A DNA stretch of 64,000 nt from Octopus sinensis (Eukaryota): NCBI RefSeq assembly GCF_006345805.1, contig NC_042997.1, positions 174,282,001-174,346,000 on the forward strand, written 5' to 3'. Positions 1 through 12,598 of the stretch are shown here, one piece after another. Position 1 is the first letter of the stretch. Each line of letters begins with the position of its first letter. Under the pieces are notes generated by a model. That model was not told the DNA's origin. It saw only the letters and a program-made list of their open reading frames with translations, and did no database searches. The translations under genes were made by a program, and so were the position numbers.

Positions 1-250
1 AACAATCTTCAGCCACGTCAAGAAGGGCCTGGCCGAACCGGGAAGATGTGTGTACAAATTGATGCGGGCCAATCGATCGTGGGAGCGTTGAAGTCGCCTA
101 GTACCAAGCAGACATGCGAAGCTGAAACGAATCTTATCGCTTCGAGTAGATGAGCATCGTCCTGGGGGTCGGCTAGAGGCGGCCTGTAGACAGCCAACAC
201 GGGCAGGCAAAACTCAGATAGGCTCAGCTTGCAAATATTCATCTGCAAGT
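1..250 (-). pseudogene. CR1-type LINE apurinic endonuclease fragment
   Basis: ORF 18..248 reads VYRPP...LVLGDFNAPTIDW, typical APE motifs of CR1-group LINEs; runs off the window edge. Confidence 0.75.
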
Positions 251-284
251 GATGAGTGTAGTTTTATATACATGCACAGATATA

Positions 285-973
285 TGAGGGGGGAACCAAA
301 AGAAACCGGAATTATACATTATTATTGTATTAACTTAGTTTTAAATTATTACACTTTTATCGCCTTCAAGGTATTCTCCATTTGAAGCAATGCCTCGGCT
401 CAGGTGTTTTCCACTATTCGAAGCAGTGCTGGAATTCTTGCAAAGTTCTAACTTTTAACGCTTCCGTTATTTTTTCTTCAACTGCTAATTCTATAACACC
501 AGGTTCCGTGATCAGTGATGATCTTCAAAAAAAAAAAAAAAAGGTCCGGATCAACTTCCAGCTGTTCTTTCAGTTCACGCATTCAATTTTGACTGGTTTT
601 GATCTTACGTGATCAAGCGAGGCACAAATTTTGATGCAACTCTTTTCGTTCGCAATTCCTCGCTCAAAATTCGTTGGCAGGAGTTCCAGGACACACTAGT
701 CACATAAACAAGTTCGTCAATTGTTCGTTGACGGCCCTCCAAGGTAAATTCATGAATTATCATGAGGTTTTCACTCGTTCGAGAGATCGACGGTCACCCT
801 GAACGAGCTTGGTATTCAAGCGACAAGTGACCATTCCTCGGGAGGTCGACGGTTGTCCTGAATGAATTTGGTCTTCAAGCGACATGTGATCATTCCGAAA
901 GCGTGGAAAGCACTCGTAAACTTGTGTTTGCTCATAGCAGCCGTTTGAAGCATGACAACTGTTTCGGCAGCCG

Positions 974-974
<1 letters not shown>
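285..974 (-). mobile_element. Internally deleted mariner (DD34D-type) element
   Basis: Minus strand, with frameshifts: [22 protein letters not shown]...[42 protein letters not shown], then jumps to C-terminal QEFQHCFE*WK...SNGEY.EG; TIR-like TGAGGGGGGAACCAAAAGAAACCGGAAT after TA at ~285. Confidence 0.85.
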
Positions 975-1055
<81 letters not shown>

Positions 1056-1173
1056 GTGTGTGTGTGTCTGTATATTTATATATGATATATATATATATAT
1101 GTATATATATGTATGTATGTATATATATGTATGTATGTGTATGTATGTATATTTATATATGTATGTATATATA

Positions 1174-1206
<33 letters not shown>

Positions 1207-1221
1207 ATCATATATATATAT
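975..1221. repeat. Compound (TA)n/(TG)n/(TATG)n microsatellite
   Basis: Seen directly; one of dozens of such arrays in the window. Confidence 0.95.
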
Positions 1222-1470
1222 GTTTTCGTAATTAAATAAAAAAACAAGGCTGTGTAGATCTTAGAACATTTATAGATAGATGGTCTTACAGCTGTTCCAG
1301 GATATTCATTATATCCTTCATTGGAGATGGTGTGAGAGGATGGTTAAGAAATAGTTAATTTAGATAAGATATAAAATAGAGAGTGAGATTGAGGAAATAA
1401 ACGAAAATAGATGTGAGATATGTAGGGATGGTGTATTTGTAGATTAGTAGATCAGTATATATCTGATATT
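1222..1470 (-). mobile_element. Short PLE-type element with degenerate hammerhead (1284-1327)
   Basis: Minus: TCT-CCAATGA-AGGATAT-aatga-ATATCCT-GGAA-CAGCTGT-A-AGA; 7-bp stem II and palindromic stem III intact, core decayed; both ends in TA/TG repeats. Confidence 0.55.
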
Positions 1471-1479
1471 TGTGTGTGT

Positions 1480-1523
<44 letters not shown>

Positions 1524-1524
1524 A

Positions 1525-3115
1525 TTGATAAAAACGGTAAGATAACAAAAGAAAGAAAGAGACCTCAATATTATGTAAATAGAGGAAATTTATCTATAAA
1601 ATAATATGTTACAATTACTCAATAGTCAAGATAAAACTCTGAGTTTCAGATGCCGAAGTGGAAATCCACAACACTATCTCTTCGGTTATCTGGCCATCTG
1701 AAAAAACGCTATGAAAAAATACCATTATATAAAGGGAAATTACTGTGTTATAATTCTACTTCTTATATAAAATAAAATAAGATTAAAATTTCATAGTAAA
1801 ACACGTAAACATGGCTAGTCATACGCTCACATGTGCGCTCGCGGACCCACGTGCGTACTTATACGTCACTATGAAAACGTACACATCTTCACTTGCATTT
1901 TTCGCCAAATATATACGCATATATATTCAAACTCATACACACACACATGCGTACTGTAAAAGTTCATACGTACGTCTATATATGCACAAGCACAAGAAAG
2001 ACCATGGTTAAAGGTACCAGAAAAAAAACATAAGGAAGTATACAAAGCATAAAAACCACGTTCATATACGGACATGCCCTTATGCACTCATACACACACA
2101 CGCCCATGTATGTACATACCCGCACATGTTTATATACGCATACATACACACGAGTATACGAAAAATGAATATACATATGCCCCCCCTCCCAAAAAATTTT
2201 AAAATACTAAGTAAAAAAGTCTATATATATATGCATTCTTATGCCCGCACACACGCACACATCTAAAACTGCACACTCATACATATTCACACACGTGTAC
2301 AAATGAATCTATATACACGTCTATATAGGCACAGGAAAATTACAGAAAAAATTATGTGTGAAAATATAAAAATATATGAAATAATAAAAGGTTTAATGAG
2401 ATAAAAATACTTTTTGGGACATAATATAGAAAGCAAGTTCTATTTTTTCTTTAGGGGACCAAAAACATAACAAAAATTTTGTCGCATATGGGCATGATCC
2501 GAAAAGTTCTGTCCTTGAGTTTAGACATGTAGTAGGGTCTAAGCTGCTTTTCCAGATAAGCCATCTCTCTATGTCGCATAGACTGCACTTTCAGCTGCCG
2601 TTGGTGTAGGGCTTACATTTGGCCAAAATCTTCCAATGGATGTTATAATTGACATCTTTATCTTTTAAAGACCAAATATGATTAGATAATTTTGTCGCGT
2701 TTCTTTTGTTCCAGTGCCTAAAATTCAAGGTGTGGTAATTGAACCTGGCCTTGAAATTACCCTCTGTAAGGCCCACGTATTTCTTCATCGAAACGGTGTC
2801 TTTAGTGGTTATAGAGTTCACGGTAGCTTCATAGATGATTGTCTCGGACATGCAAGCTCCATTTAGCGGGCACAATTTTTTATTCCTGCATGAACAGCTG
2901 TTTTCTTGTTGTGGTTTTTGTGTGTTATGTGTGATTATATTTTTAAAATTGGTAGTTGAACTAAAACTAATTTTTAAATTGTGTTTATTGAAGAGTTTCC
3001 TATAAGTATGGTTAACTGGAAAATGTCTATCTATCAGTGTTAAGAAATATTTACCTATATTGAAGGTCACCTCGGGTGAGTAAGCGGGTGTAAACCAGAT
3101 GATCTTCCTATTTCT
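1525..3115 (-). mobile_element. 5'-truncated Penelope-like element (GIY-YIG end plus 3' UTR/pLTR)
   Basis: ORF 2591..3127 followed by a long simple-repeat-rich UTR ending in a hammerhead-like motif and (TA)n; the 1525-1700 end recurs at 4964-5142; continuity of 1700-2500 is inferred. Confidence 0.75.
1626..1693 (-). ncRNA. Degenerate type-I hammerhead ribozyme in PLE terminal repeat
   Basis: CCAGATAA-CCGAAGA-stemII-TGAAA-CTCAGAGT-T-TTATCTTGA; U4 changed to C. Confidence 0.55.
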
Positions 3116-3127
3116 TAGTAAACTCAT
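2530..3127 (-). pseudogene. PLE C-terminus with GIY-YIG endonuclease
   Basis: RKIIWFTPAYS, CSCR..CPLNGAC, IIYEA...KYVGLTEGNFKARFNYH, HIWSLKD, WKIL..CKPY, continuing past the track ORF end to RCSLC. Confidence 0.9.
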
Positions 3128-3932
3128 TTGGCATCTCAGAGACTGTAATAAACAATTTTCTATGGACTGGAAAGTTTTGTCAAGATCGTTTCCCTATGAT
3201 AAAGAGAAATCTTCCTGATCTCTTTGTACAGACGAACAACTATTTTTTTTTCCAAACACACACTTGTCAATACTAATAAGAAACTTGTCAATACCCATAA
3301 GGAACGTGTATTTAGAAAAAATATACTTTCAGCTATTTCAAATAATATCTACCCCCACTACCGAATAATGTCGGCAACTTACACTTTATTCTTTTTATAC
3401 CATGCATCCCATTCTTTCCTTCATCTTTTCTATCCGTCTGTCATCCACTTTCTACTTGTTTATACCACAATTACTCCCTTAATTCTCTTTCTCTCTTCCT
3501 TCTCTTCTTCTCTCGTTCTATGACGTCAAAATTCTTAACGGTATTTAAAAAATTGCTATGGTTCCTTGCCACTTTTGTTTTCCATATATATTATATATTA
3601 TAATTTCTTACATCCGTATATATGGCTTATTGATGAGCACTGTTGCTTATAATCCTCTCCCTGATGAGATTGATGCATTTTCCCACATTATTCTACCTCT
3701 CGGATATATTTTAATGTATCAATCGAAACGTATGTTGGTGATGTGCTGATATAAATAATTTAAATAACATCTTGAGAGTTTGTCTCCAGTTTCCATTATT
3801 CTTATGTTCTCCAAAACACGTCGCACTTCTCTTCGGAATTATCACCCATGCAAGTGTGATTACTAATTTCTTAGGCGCTTATGTGACATTTAGCTATCCT
3901 GCTACTGTGCCCCTGGATCATTCCTTGTAAAT

Positions 3933-3935
<3 letters not shown>
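3113..3935 (+). mobile_element. Second PLE family, GIY-YIG C-terminal tail plus 3' UTR, divergent from the first
   Basis: Plus strand LSKLIWHLRDCNKQFSMDWKVLSRSFPYDKEKSS*SLCTDEQ.., homologous to the end of the adjacent minus-strand ORF; UTR holds an intact-core hammerhead; ends at (CA)n(TA)n. Confidence 0.7.
3656..3741 (+). ncRNA. Type-I hammerhead ribozyme, intact core
   Basis: TCTCC-CTGATGA-GATTGATGCATT...AATGTATCAATC-GAAAC-GTAT-GTT-GGTGA; 12-bp stem II, minimal stem III, one mismatch in stem I. Confidence 0.75.
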
Positions 3936-3975
<40 letters not shown>

Positions 3976-4649
3976 ATGTACGTATTCATAAAATATACAG
4001 GTACATACAAAAAGACACCTCACTTATGAGCTCAGATCCACAAACAAATGCACGCGTTCATAAATATATATTCCTACGAAATATATATAGTTGCTGAGGT
4101 CGGTATTCATAAATCATTTCAAAGAGCGCACTTTATGCAATTAACAGTTTGAAACAAAATTATAGATTAAGAACTTTGCTTTCGCTGACCAACATTCTCG
4201 TACGGTTTTATTATAGACCAGACGTTTTTTTCGGCCGAAAATAGCACCAAACAATCGCCAGTTATCACTGAGCAGATCAGTATAAGAGATATTTTGCTTT
4301 GAAGATATTTAAGTTTATATGCAGTCGAGAAGATAAAGGATTTTTTAAAAAACCGTTCGCTTCAGAAACCTGTGGTAATATCATTTAAATATTAAAAGTA
4401 TTTAGACAAAGGTTTCTGAAGTTTTATCATTTGGTGTGGTTTAAAACGCTATAGAGGGAAGTGACATTACAAAGTGAATTAGTGTGGGTGAAAGGCAATG
4501 AATGTTAGTGCATTGGATATGCATTTGCGTGTATGGAGAAGGAAAGAAGGAAAGGAGAAACAGGTAGAGTAACAATTTAATCTCTTCTTACGCACTGGGT
4601 CACTCATTTCTTTAGCTGAAAGATACAAATTTCTCTCTTTCTCTTTCCT

Positions 4650-4698
<49 letters not shown>

Positions 4699-4912
4699 GC
4701 ATACAGACTGATTGATATTATACACATAAGCGTCTACCTACTTGTGCACGCGCGCGTTGAATATAGTTTATTGAAGCTGGTCCTGGTAAGTTGAAGGTTT
4801 CCATAACATAGAAACCCCAGTTTAACTGGTCACTGAGCTGATTTGAATAAAGACGCTTGTGCACTCTACGCAGGTATTGAATACTCCTTCTCCAGATCGT
4901 TACCCCGAAGCG

Positions 4913-5238
<326 letters not shown>

Positions 5239-5371
5239 GGGAGAATGAGAGAGTAAGAGATAGAAACTAGGTTTGAAATAAATAAAGAAGAGAGTTTGTA
5301 AATAAAAAAAGAAACATTGTAAGCTATCCAGAAGTGGCAAACAATGACACAAATAGCGAATAGATGCATGA

Positions 5372-5434
<63 letters not shown>

Positions 5435-5976
5435 GATGGTGGTGGTGGTGGTGGGGATGACGACGACGATGGCGATGATGATGATGATGAAAGAAAAGAG
5501 AGCACAAGAGAAAACGAATCTAGAATAACAAATAGTAAAAGAATGAGAGAGTGAAAGAAATTTACATTATTTAAAATAGAAAAACAGAAAACACAAACTG
5601 CAAAGTAGCTTGAACATTTAGCTTAAGAAGCACAAACTAGATGCTCAATCGTCACGACAGCATAAGCACACTGCTTTGTTGTTTTTTTTCAAAAACCACG
5701 TCCTTATCAAGAAGTAAAGAAATCGAGAGAGACAGAGAGAGAGAGAATGACAGAGAGAGAGAGAGGGAGAGAATAACAGACACTCTCACACACACACACA
5801 CACGCACGCACACACAACGAAGGTGAGATAAAGAATAATCTTGTTAGTCTCACACACACATATATATATACTTATACATATACATATTCATACGCAATTA
5901 CACACATATATATATATATATAATATATATATATATAATGCACATACACGCATACACACACACACACGCACACACG

Positions 5977-6065
<89 letters not shown>

Positions 6066-6480
6066 ATGTATGAATGTATGTGCAAAATAAATGACAACAG
6101 CAATGATATTTCCAAATAATGGGAAAAGTAGTCTTGTTTTTATGTCTTCTTCACATGTTTTTGTTGTTATTTTTTTTATTTCGTTAATGCTACCGTTACT
6201 GTTTGTTGTTGTTGTTGTTGTTGTTGTTACTTTGACAAAATAAAATATAGACAGTAACTATGGAAATGATGAAAAAAAAAATTAAAACCCAAATTGAATG
6301 AAAAAAAAAACAATACCGAGGAACGTTTATGAAATAAATATTGTTTAAAAAAAATTTTAAATATTGAAAAAACGAAAAATAAACAAATATTTCATTGGAA
6401 GGTTACCTCATCCCTCCCACCTACTCCCTAAAAAACGAAGACGCAAAATTTCAAAATTGAAACAAATGGAAAAAAGCGAA

Positions 6481-6521
<41 letters not shown>

Positions 6522-6548
6522 TACTACTACTACTACTACTACTACTAC

Positions 6549-6595
<47 letters not shown>

Positions 6596-7727
6596 TGAAG
6601 AAGAATAAGGAGGAGGAGGAGGAGGAGGAGGAGGCTGCGGTAGAGGAGGATAATCTTTTAAAATAAAAACAAAGTTTTGAAAATTGTCACGCCCAAATGG
6701 AGTCTTGTACTTCTATTGTATGAATAAATAGTTTTCTTGCCAAGTATAACACGTAGAAGGAATATAGTCCCACCTTTGATTTGCATTGCATATCGGTGAA
6801 CTTAAATTTTATCTTCTTTTTTCTATATATATATGTTTCTATTCTAGTACGATTATTACTATGTCGTTGTTGTTGTTGTTGTTGTTGTTGTTGCTGTTGC
6901 TGTTGTGCTTTATTTTATGTTCTAAATATTTCTCTAACACACTCTTCCAATCTCCATTTTTCACTCTCTTGCTTAATCTCTCTGTCATTCTCGCTTTCAT
7001 TCTCTCTCTCTCTCTGCTTTTTTTTCCTTTTTTTTTCTTTTCGTTTCGTTTCGTTTTAATTTTCTCCGTTGCTTTTGTTTTCCTTGTCTTTTTAATGCAA
7101 CTTTTAACGTGATTAAACCTCGTGGATTTAGATATTCTCTATGTACTTAAAGCCATTCTATAATCTGGTGAATGTTGAGAAGTGACAGGAGTGAGAGAAC
7201 ATTGCTTAATGTTTCACTACGTTCATTTAGACAATATGCATGCATTAGGAATCACAAGCAAAAACATTCATTATCTTTGTTTCATTTTACTTTTTCTTTA
7301 TATTTCTTTAATTCTTTGTTTCTTTTTCTTTGTTTTTATCTGCTATTTAGCATTGATTTTTTATGTTTTGTATATTCTCTCTTCCAAAAGTTCGCTTAGA
7401 AGTGATATTATCATGGGTGACTGTATTTTCATTGCACAAAGGAAGGATATAACTAGGATTCCTGTAGCCACATATGGATATGGACTATGAGAATCCTGAT
7501 ATGTGCAGTACGTAAGAATATGCTGTATTTGTCCACATATTTTGAACGTGGGATTTTGGAGAAGAAAAAGAAGGAATAAAAGCTATTATTACTTGAAGAT
7601 AAGATATCTGGGTTGTATGAACACATTTAACAACAAAACAAAAGTGACAACGAACTACAGCAGAATCCAAGTGATAATGTGAAAGCAAGTCTATTTCATT
7701 CTATTGAAATTATACCAAACCATATAA

Positions 7728-7769
<42 letters not shown>

Positions 7770-7771
<2 letters not shown>

Positions 7772-7980
7772 TTTTTATTCTTTTTACTTGTTTTAATCAT
7801 TTGACAGCGGCCATGCTGGAGCACCGTCTTTAGTCGAGCAAATCGACCCTAGGACTTATTCTTTGTAAGCCTAGTACTTATTCAATCGGTCTCTTTTGCC
7901 GAACCGCTAAGTTACGGGGACGTAAACATACCAGCATCGGTTGTCAAGCGATATTGGGGGGACAAACAAAGACACACAAA
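7770..7980 (-). mobile_element. SINE family M, 3' half
   Basis: Matches the 3' half of the full copy at 37245-37648. Confidence 0.85.
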
Positions 7981-8040
7981 CATATACACACTCATACACA
8001 GACACACACACACACAACACACACACACACACACGCATAT

Positions 8041-8103
<63 letters not shown>

Positions 8104-8197
8104 TACTAATATAGGATTAAGTTGTTTTTTTTACAGAAAAGAAAATTTCATCAAAAGTGGCAGCATATTAAAATAACTTTAAAGGTTAAAATTATAA

Positions 8198-8401
8198 ACA
8201 ACGTATAAACAAGGGCAAAATAAAATTATTTCCATGTCAATATGCTGATAACAGACCTTTAAATCATCAATTTCCACATATTATATACCCACTACAACGT
8301 ATTTCTGTAGTGGGTATATAATATGTGGAACTTGACGATTTAAAAATCTGTTAACAGCATATTGGCATGGAAATAATTTTCATTTGCCCTTGTTTATAAG
8401 T

Positions 8402-8404
<3 letters not shown>
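8198..8404. repeat. Imperfect inverted repeat, ~99-bp arms, 9-nt spacer
   Basis: 8198-8296 is the imperfect reverse complement of 8306-8404; right arm runs into (TA)n. Confidence 0.85.
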
Positions 8405-8486
<82 letters not shown>

Positions 8487-8853
8487 TATATATATATTAA
8501 ACGTATATTTTTATCATGGCCGTCATTTACTGCTATTTCTGGTCTGGCCGTTGCTATTACTGTTGCTGTTGTACAGTTTTCGTTGAGTAGGTCTTTAAAC
8601 ATGGACATTCCAGTCATGACCTATCCGTTTTTACCTCATTATTGTGTATCTAGGACTACATTATTCATTTTTGTTCTTATTTGTGTGATAGTCTTGGCAA
8701 GAGGTACATACGACTACTAGACTGTGTCGTCGGTAAAACTAGCGTAAGCAGCACAATATTACGTAAAGAAACGCGTTTGCTCGATTCACTACACATAACA
8801 TTTAAATTTACTTCTAATATCACTCTACTATTTAAAAAAAATATGCATGGACA

Positions 8854-9240
8854 TCTTTATATATAAAAGTGAAGTTGTGTGTCTGTCTCCTACGATTTAG
8901 ATTCCTAACTACTCCCACATTTTGTGGTGTAGTGTAACCAAAAGCGGGTATATTATAGTCGTGATTCATATCGAGCCCTTCTGGGTATTAGCGCGCGTCT
9001 ACGATGAGTCTACGATTTAAAAAAAAAAGTTACCATAATTTTTTTCCCATTTTTAATGCATTTTTTTTGCTATTATATAAGGGAAGTAACTCTCTAAAAA
9101 TTTATTATTAAATCTCAGAACGTAACACCCCCCCCTTTGTGGTTAGCCATATTGAGATGGCTATTATACTTTACATCTCTAAAAATGCTTATATAGTTAT
9201 TTCCCTTACAAACCCGACCAACGCCGGGCGATACTGCTAG
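8854..9240 (+). mobile_element. Non-autonomous Helitron
   Basis: A|TC start, subterminal hairpin CCCGACCAACGCCGGG, CTAG|T end, no TSD. Confidence 0.8.
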
Positions 9241-9263
9241 TATTGAATAAAGTTGTTCTGAAT

Positions 9264-9360
9264 TACCGTATATACTCGTGTAAAAGTCGAAATTTTTAGA
9301 TCATTTTTAATGTCAAATTTATGGGGTCGACTATTACATAGATACTACTTTTGAGGGAAT
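9264..9360 (+). mobile_element. Possible pogo/Tigger-like MITE end
   Basis: TA-CCGTATATACTCGTGTAAAAGTCGA resembles Tigger-type TIRs; partner TIR not found. Confidence 0.35.
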
Positions 9361-9756
9361 GAAATTCAAGCTAGAATGCGAAGTACCGTACCAGCAGCAA
9401 AAGTCCAGTTGGTCTTTAAACGAATAAAAACAAAAACACAATGAATTACAGTAATATTACCAGTTCTATGCATCAAAACACACGTAAATAACAAAACTCA
9501 TAAACAAGTCCGCGTAGCATTTATAAATATTTATACTTTCTCTTTTATTTGTAACCATCAAACTTAACAGACTAGCTGAATGAAATTAATTTATATCTCA
9601 TAATTATGTTATATTACTACCGGTAACATATCTACTCGGTACCGACATGTTACTACCTACCGTAATACGATGCATGCAGCTGATACCTACTCAGCGTGTT
9701 TCAAAAAAATGTTGCAGGATGTCTTGTACAGTTACCAGTAAATATCCATAATATAT

Positions 9757-9988
9757 ATTTCTTTACTACCCACCAGGGGCTAAACATAGAGGGGACAAAC
9801 AAGGACAGACATAAGTATTAAGTCGATTACATCGACCCCAGTGCGTAACTGGTACTTAATTTATCGACCCCGAAAGGATGAAAGGCAAAGTCGACCTCGG
9901 CGGAATTTGAACTCAGAACGTAACGGCAGACGAAATACGGCTACGCATTTCGCCCGGCGTGCTAACGTTTCTGCCAGCTCGCCGCCTT
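9757..9988 (-). mobile_element. tRNA-derived SINE family A with 14-bp TSD
   Basis: A-box-like GCTGGCAGAAACGTTAG, B box GAGTTCAAATTCC, core GACTTTGCCTTTCATCCTTTCGGGGTCGATAA; TATCCATAATATAT at 9743-9756 and 9992-10005. Confidence 0.9.
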
Positions 9989-10026
9989 TTTTATCCATAA
10001 TATATGTAGAGTTGTTCATCTAGAGC

Positions 10027-10155
10027 AGGGATTTCTAAATTGTGTTCTGCAAACCCCCAGGATTCCCTGAAAGTTATCAGGGGTTCCACATTTTTAAAAG
10101 TAATGTCGAAGGGTTCCGCGGCAAAAAAAAAAAAAAAGAGAGAGTGTTTGAATAG
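10027..10155. mobile_element. Possible hAT/Charlie-like MITE remnant
   Basis: CAGGGATTTCTAAA..GGGTTCC..GGGTTCCGCGG..AAAA pattern; right end decayed. Confidence 0.35.
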
Positions 10156-10570
10156 CGAATAAGTAAATGTTTTTTGGCTTACCGAAATCATGCCTCTGAT
10201 GGAGTTTATACAGTGGTGTTTACTGTTGTTTGATGATAGTACTGTCTGTGAAACTTGCTTCTCACCATGTAAACAGACGAACGTATGACGCATGTGTTTA
10301 TTGTATTTGGAGACGAGGAAAATATAAAGGTCGCATGGGAACCATTGATCTAACGATTATTTGAATGGTTTAGGCTAACCAAAGTATTGCCTTTGTACGA
10401 ATTCAGACAGTGGTGTTTGCCTGGTTTCGTTTAATAGTGTTGTCTTTGAAGCACATTTCTCACCATGTAAACAACGAGTGTATGTGTTTACTGTGCTTCA
10501 AGATATATGCAGGCTTGCAGCATACATACATACACACATACATACATACATACATACATACATACATACA

Positions 10571-10793
10571 AGCTGGCAGAAACGTTAGCATGCCGGGCGA
10601 AATGCGTAGCCGTATTTCGTCTGCTGTTATGTTCTGAGTTCAAATTCTGCCGAGGTCGACTTTGCCTTTCATCCTTTCGGGGTCGATTAAATAAGTACCA
10701 GTTATGCACTGGGGTCGATGTAATCGATTGAATCCCTTTGTCTGTCCTTGTTTGCCCCTCTGTGTTTAGCCCCTTGTGGGTAGTAATGAAATA
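10571..10793 (+). mobile_element. SINE family A
   Basis: Same head, core and tail as 9757-9988. Confidence 0.9.
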
Positions 10794-10829
10794 TATACAT
10801 ACATACATACATACATACAAACATTCATA

Positions 10830-11893
10830 CATGATGGCCGACCACTCGTGATCTTTAGGAACATTGTGCACTCAAGACTACCTTTCACTTTGCATTTTCG
10901 GCTTCGTTGTTGACTAACATTGCAGACCAAGCTTTCCCCATTCATTACATTAGCAGTGCGTTTCGAGCAGCACGCTTAAATTCACGAAGAATACGTGTTC
11001 TTTCAGAGGTATCAACGCCCTCCTTTACCTGTTTCTTCCATCATTAGCGATGACTAGCATTACTCTCTCAGTCAGCCTCCTGCATTTCACAGGCCTTTAA
11101 TGAGGACTTTACACAGACCTTAAATCGCAGTCTTGGCTTCTGATGGGGTAGCTTTCCACTAACATGTTGCCCATATAGCATCTGTTTAGGGATCCTGCTA
11201 TCATTCATTCTAACAATGTGTCCAGTCCAACGTAACCGGTGTTTGTGCTCCATCACCTCAATACTCAGGATATCGGCGTTCCTCAGGACCTGTGTATCTG
11301 GAGTGTTCAAAGTCCAGCCAACATTCAGGTTGTATTTCAAACATCTCTGATGTAAGCGTTCAAGGACCATTACATGATGTTTGTAAAGGGCCCATGTCTC
11401 ACACGAGTAAAGGAGCGATGTCAGTACTCATGCACGCTACACAGCAATTTTTGTTCGCCTTGTGATGCTATATTGGGACCAGACTCGAGATTCAAGAGAC
11501 CGGAAAGAATCTGTTGGTCTCTGCAGCCTGAAAGATATTTCATCATCCAGGGAGCAAGAACGGCTGAGGGTGCCGCCCAGGTAGACAAACTTATCTACCA
11601 CTTTCAGTATGTTCCTTCAACCAAGGTAGCTGCTTCCACATATGGGTTTCCTGGTGCAGACTGGAAAATTACAACAGTCCTGTCCAGGCTAATTCTGAGT
11701 GCAAATGCCTCGTAAGAAGCAGAAATATGATTCACAAATATTTGAATTTCATCCGTTGTATGAGTGGCTAAGTCACAGTCATCTGCATAAAGAAGGTCAC
11801 GAATAAGAGACTGGAAAACATTTGAATTGGCACCAAATCGACGCAGGTTAAACAGACGACCAGAATCCACAGCTTTATGATTGAACCTTCAAC
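10830..11893 (-). pseudogene. RTE-clade (BovB-like) LINE, 3' ~1 kb
   Basis: LLYADDC, HQRCLK..L.V.W, RLRWTGHIVRM.DSRIPKQMLYG; frameshifted. Confidence 0.9.
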
Positions 11894-12099
11894 ACCTCTA
11901 ATCAAGATGCCATATGTCATAAAAATAAATAAGTTGCAAATATAATAAAAAATGTGTAAAGTGATTTGGCAAGAGCTTCAATAAACATGAATTCGTTGAC
12001 GTTTAGAACGATAAGATATCTAAAGGTGGCTTAAACTAGAGACTCGAAGATAGAAAGAAAAGTAGTTGTTTTACGTATTTCAGTTTATTGTTAAAATCA

Positions 12100-12425
12100 C
12101 AGTTTTCTATAGAACAGCTTTATTAAATATTTCCCCATCTGATAACAGATTAGATATAGGTCTGGCGATATTCTCGGTAATATGCTTTATGCTCTTAGAT
12201 GGGCTGTTAAAATTCCTTGATCTTATGTCTTCTGTGCTTTTTTAGAATATTTTACTGACTCTTGGGAATTTGGTGTCTATAAGTTTATATTTATATGGTA
12301 TTAAATGAGTCCATCGTCTCTGTAAAGGCCTATCCTTGTTCTATTTTCTATTCAATGTAGATTATATAACCCGATCAAATCGAAAATATTGGCCACACCG
12401 TGTATTCATCTGTGTGCCTAATTCC
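12100..12425 (-). pseudogene. PLE reverse transcriptase remnant
   Basis: IFDLIGLYNLH...RIGLYRDDGLI (YRDD at ~12307-12330), then SKSIKHITENIARPISNLLSDGEIFNKA, typical of PLE RT C-terminal region. Confidence 0.7.
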
Positions 12426-12464
12426 TTGATTATTAACCTATAAAAAATTGTCATGAAATAATAA

Positions 12465-12559
12465 CGACTGATACTAGTGTCGGATTATGGTGTTCTTTCT
12501 TACTTTCTCTTCCTAATACAGACATACATACATATATATGCATACATACATACATACAT

Positions 12560-12598
<39 letters not shown>

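Noticed and set aside
4718-4920. Unique ORF segment and GTAAGT donor
   Set aside because: No recognisable homology and no convincing acceptor
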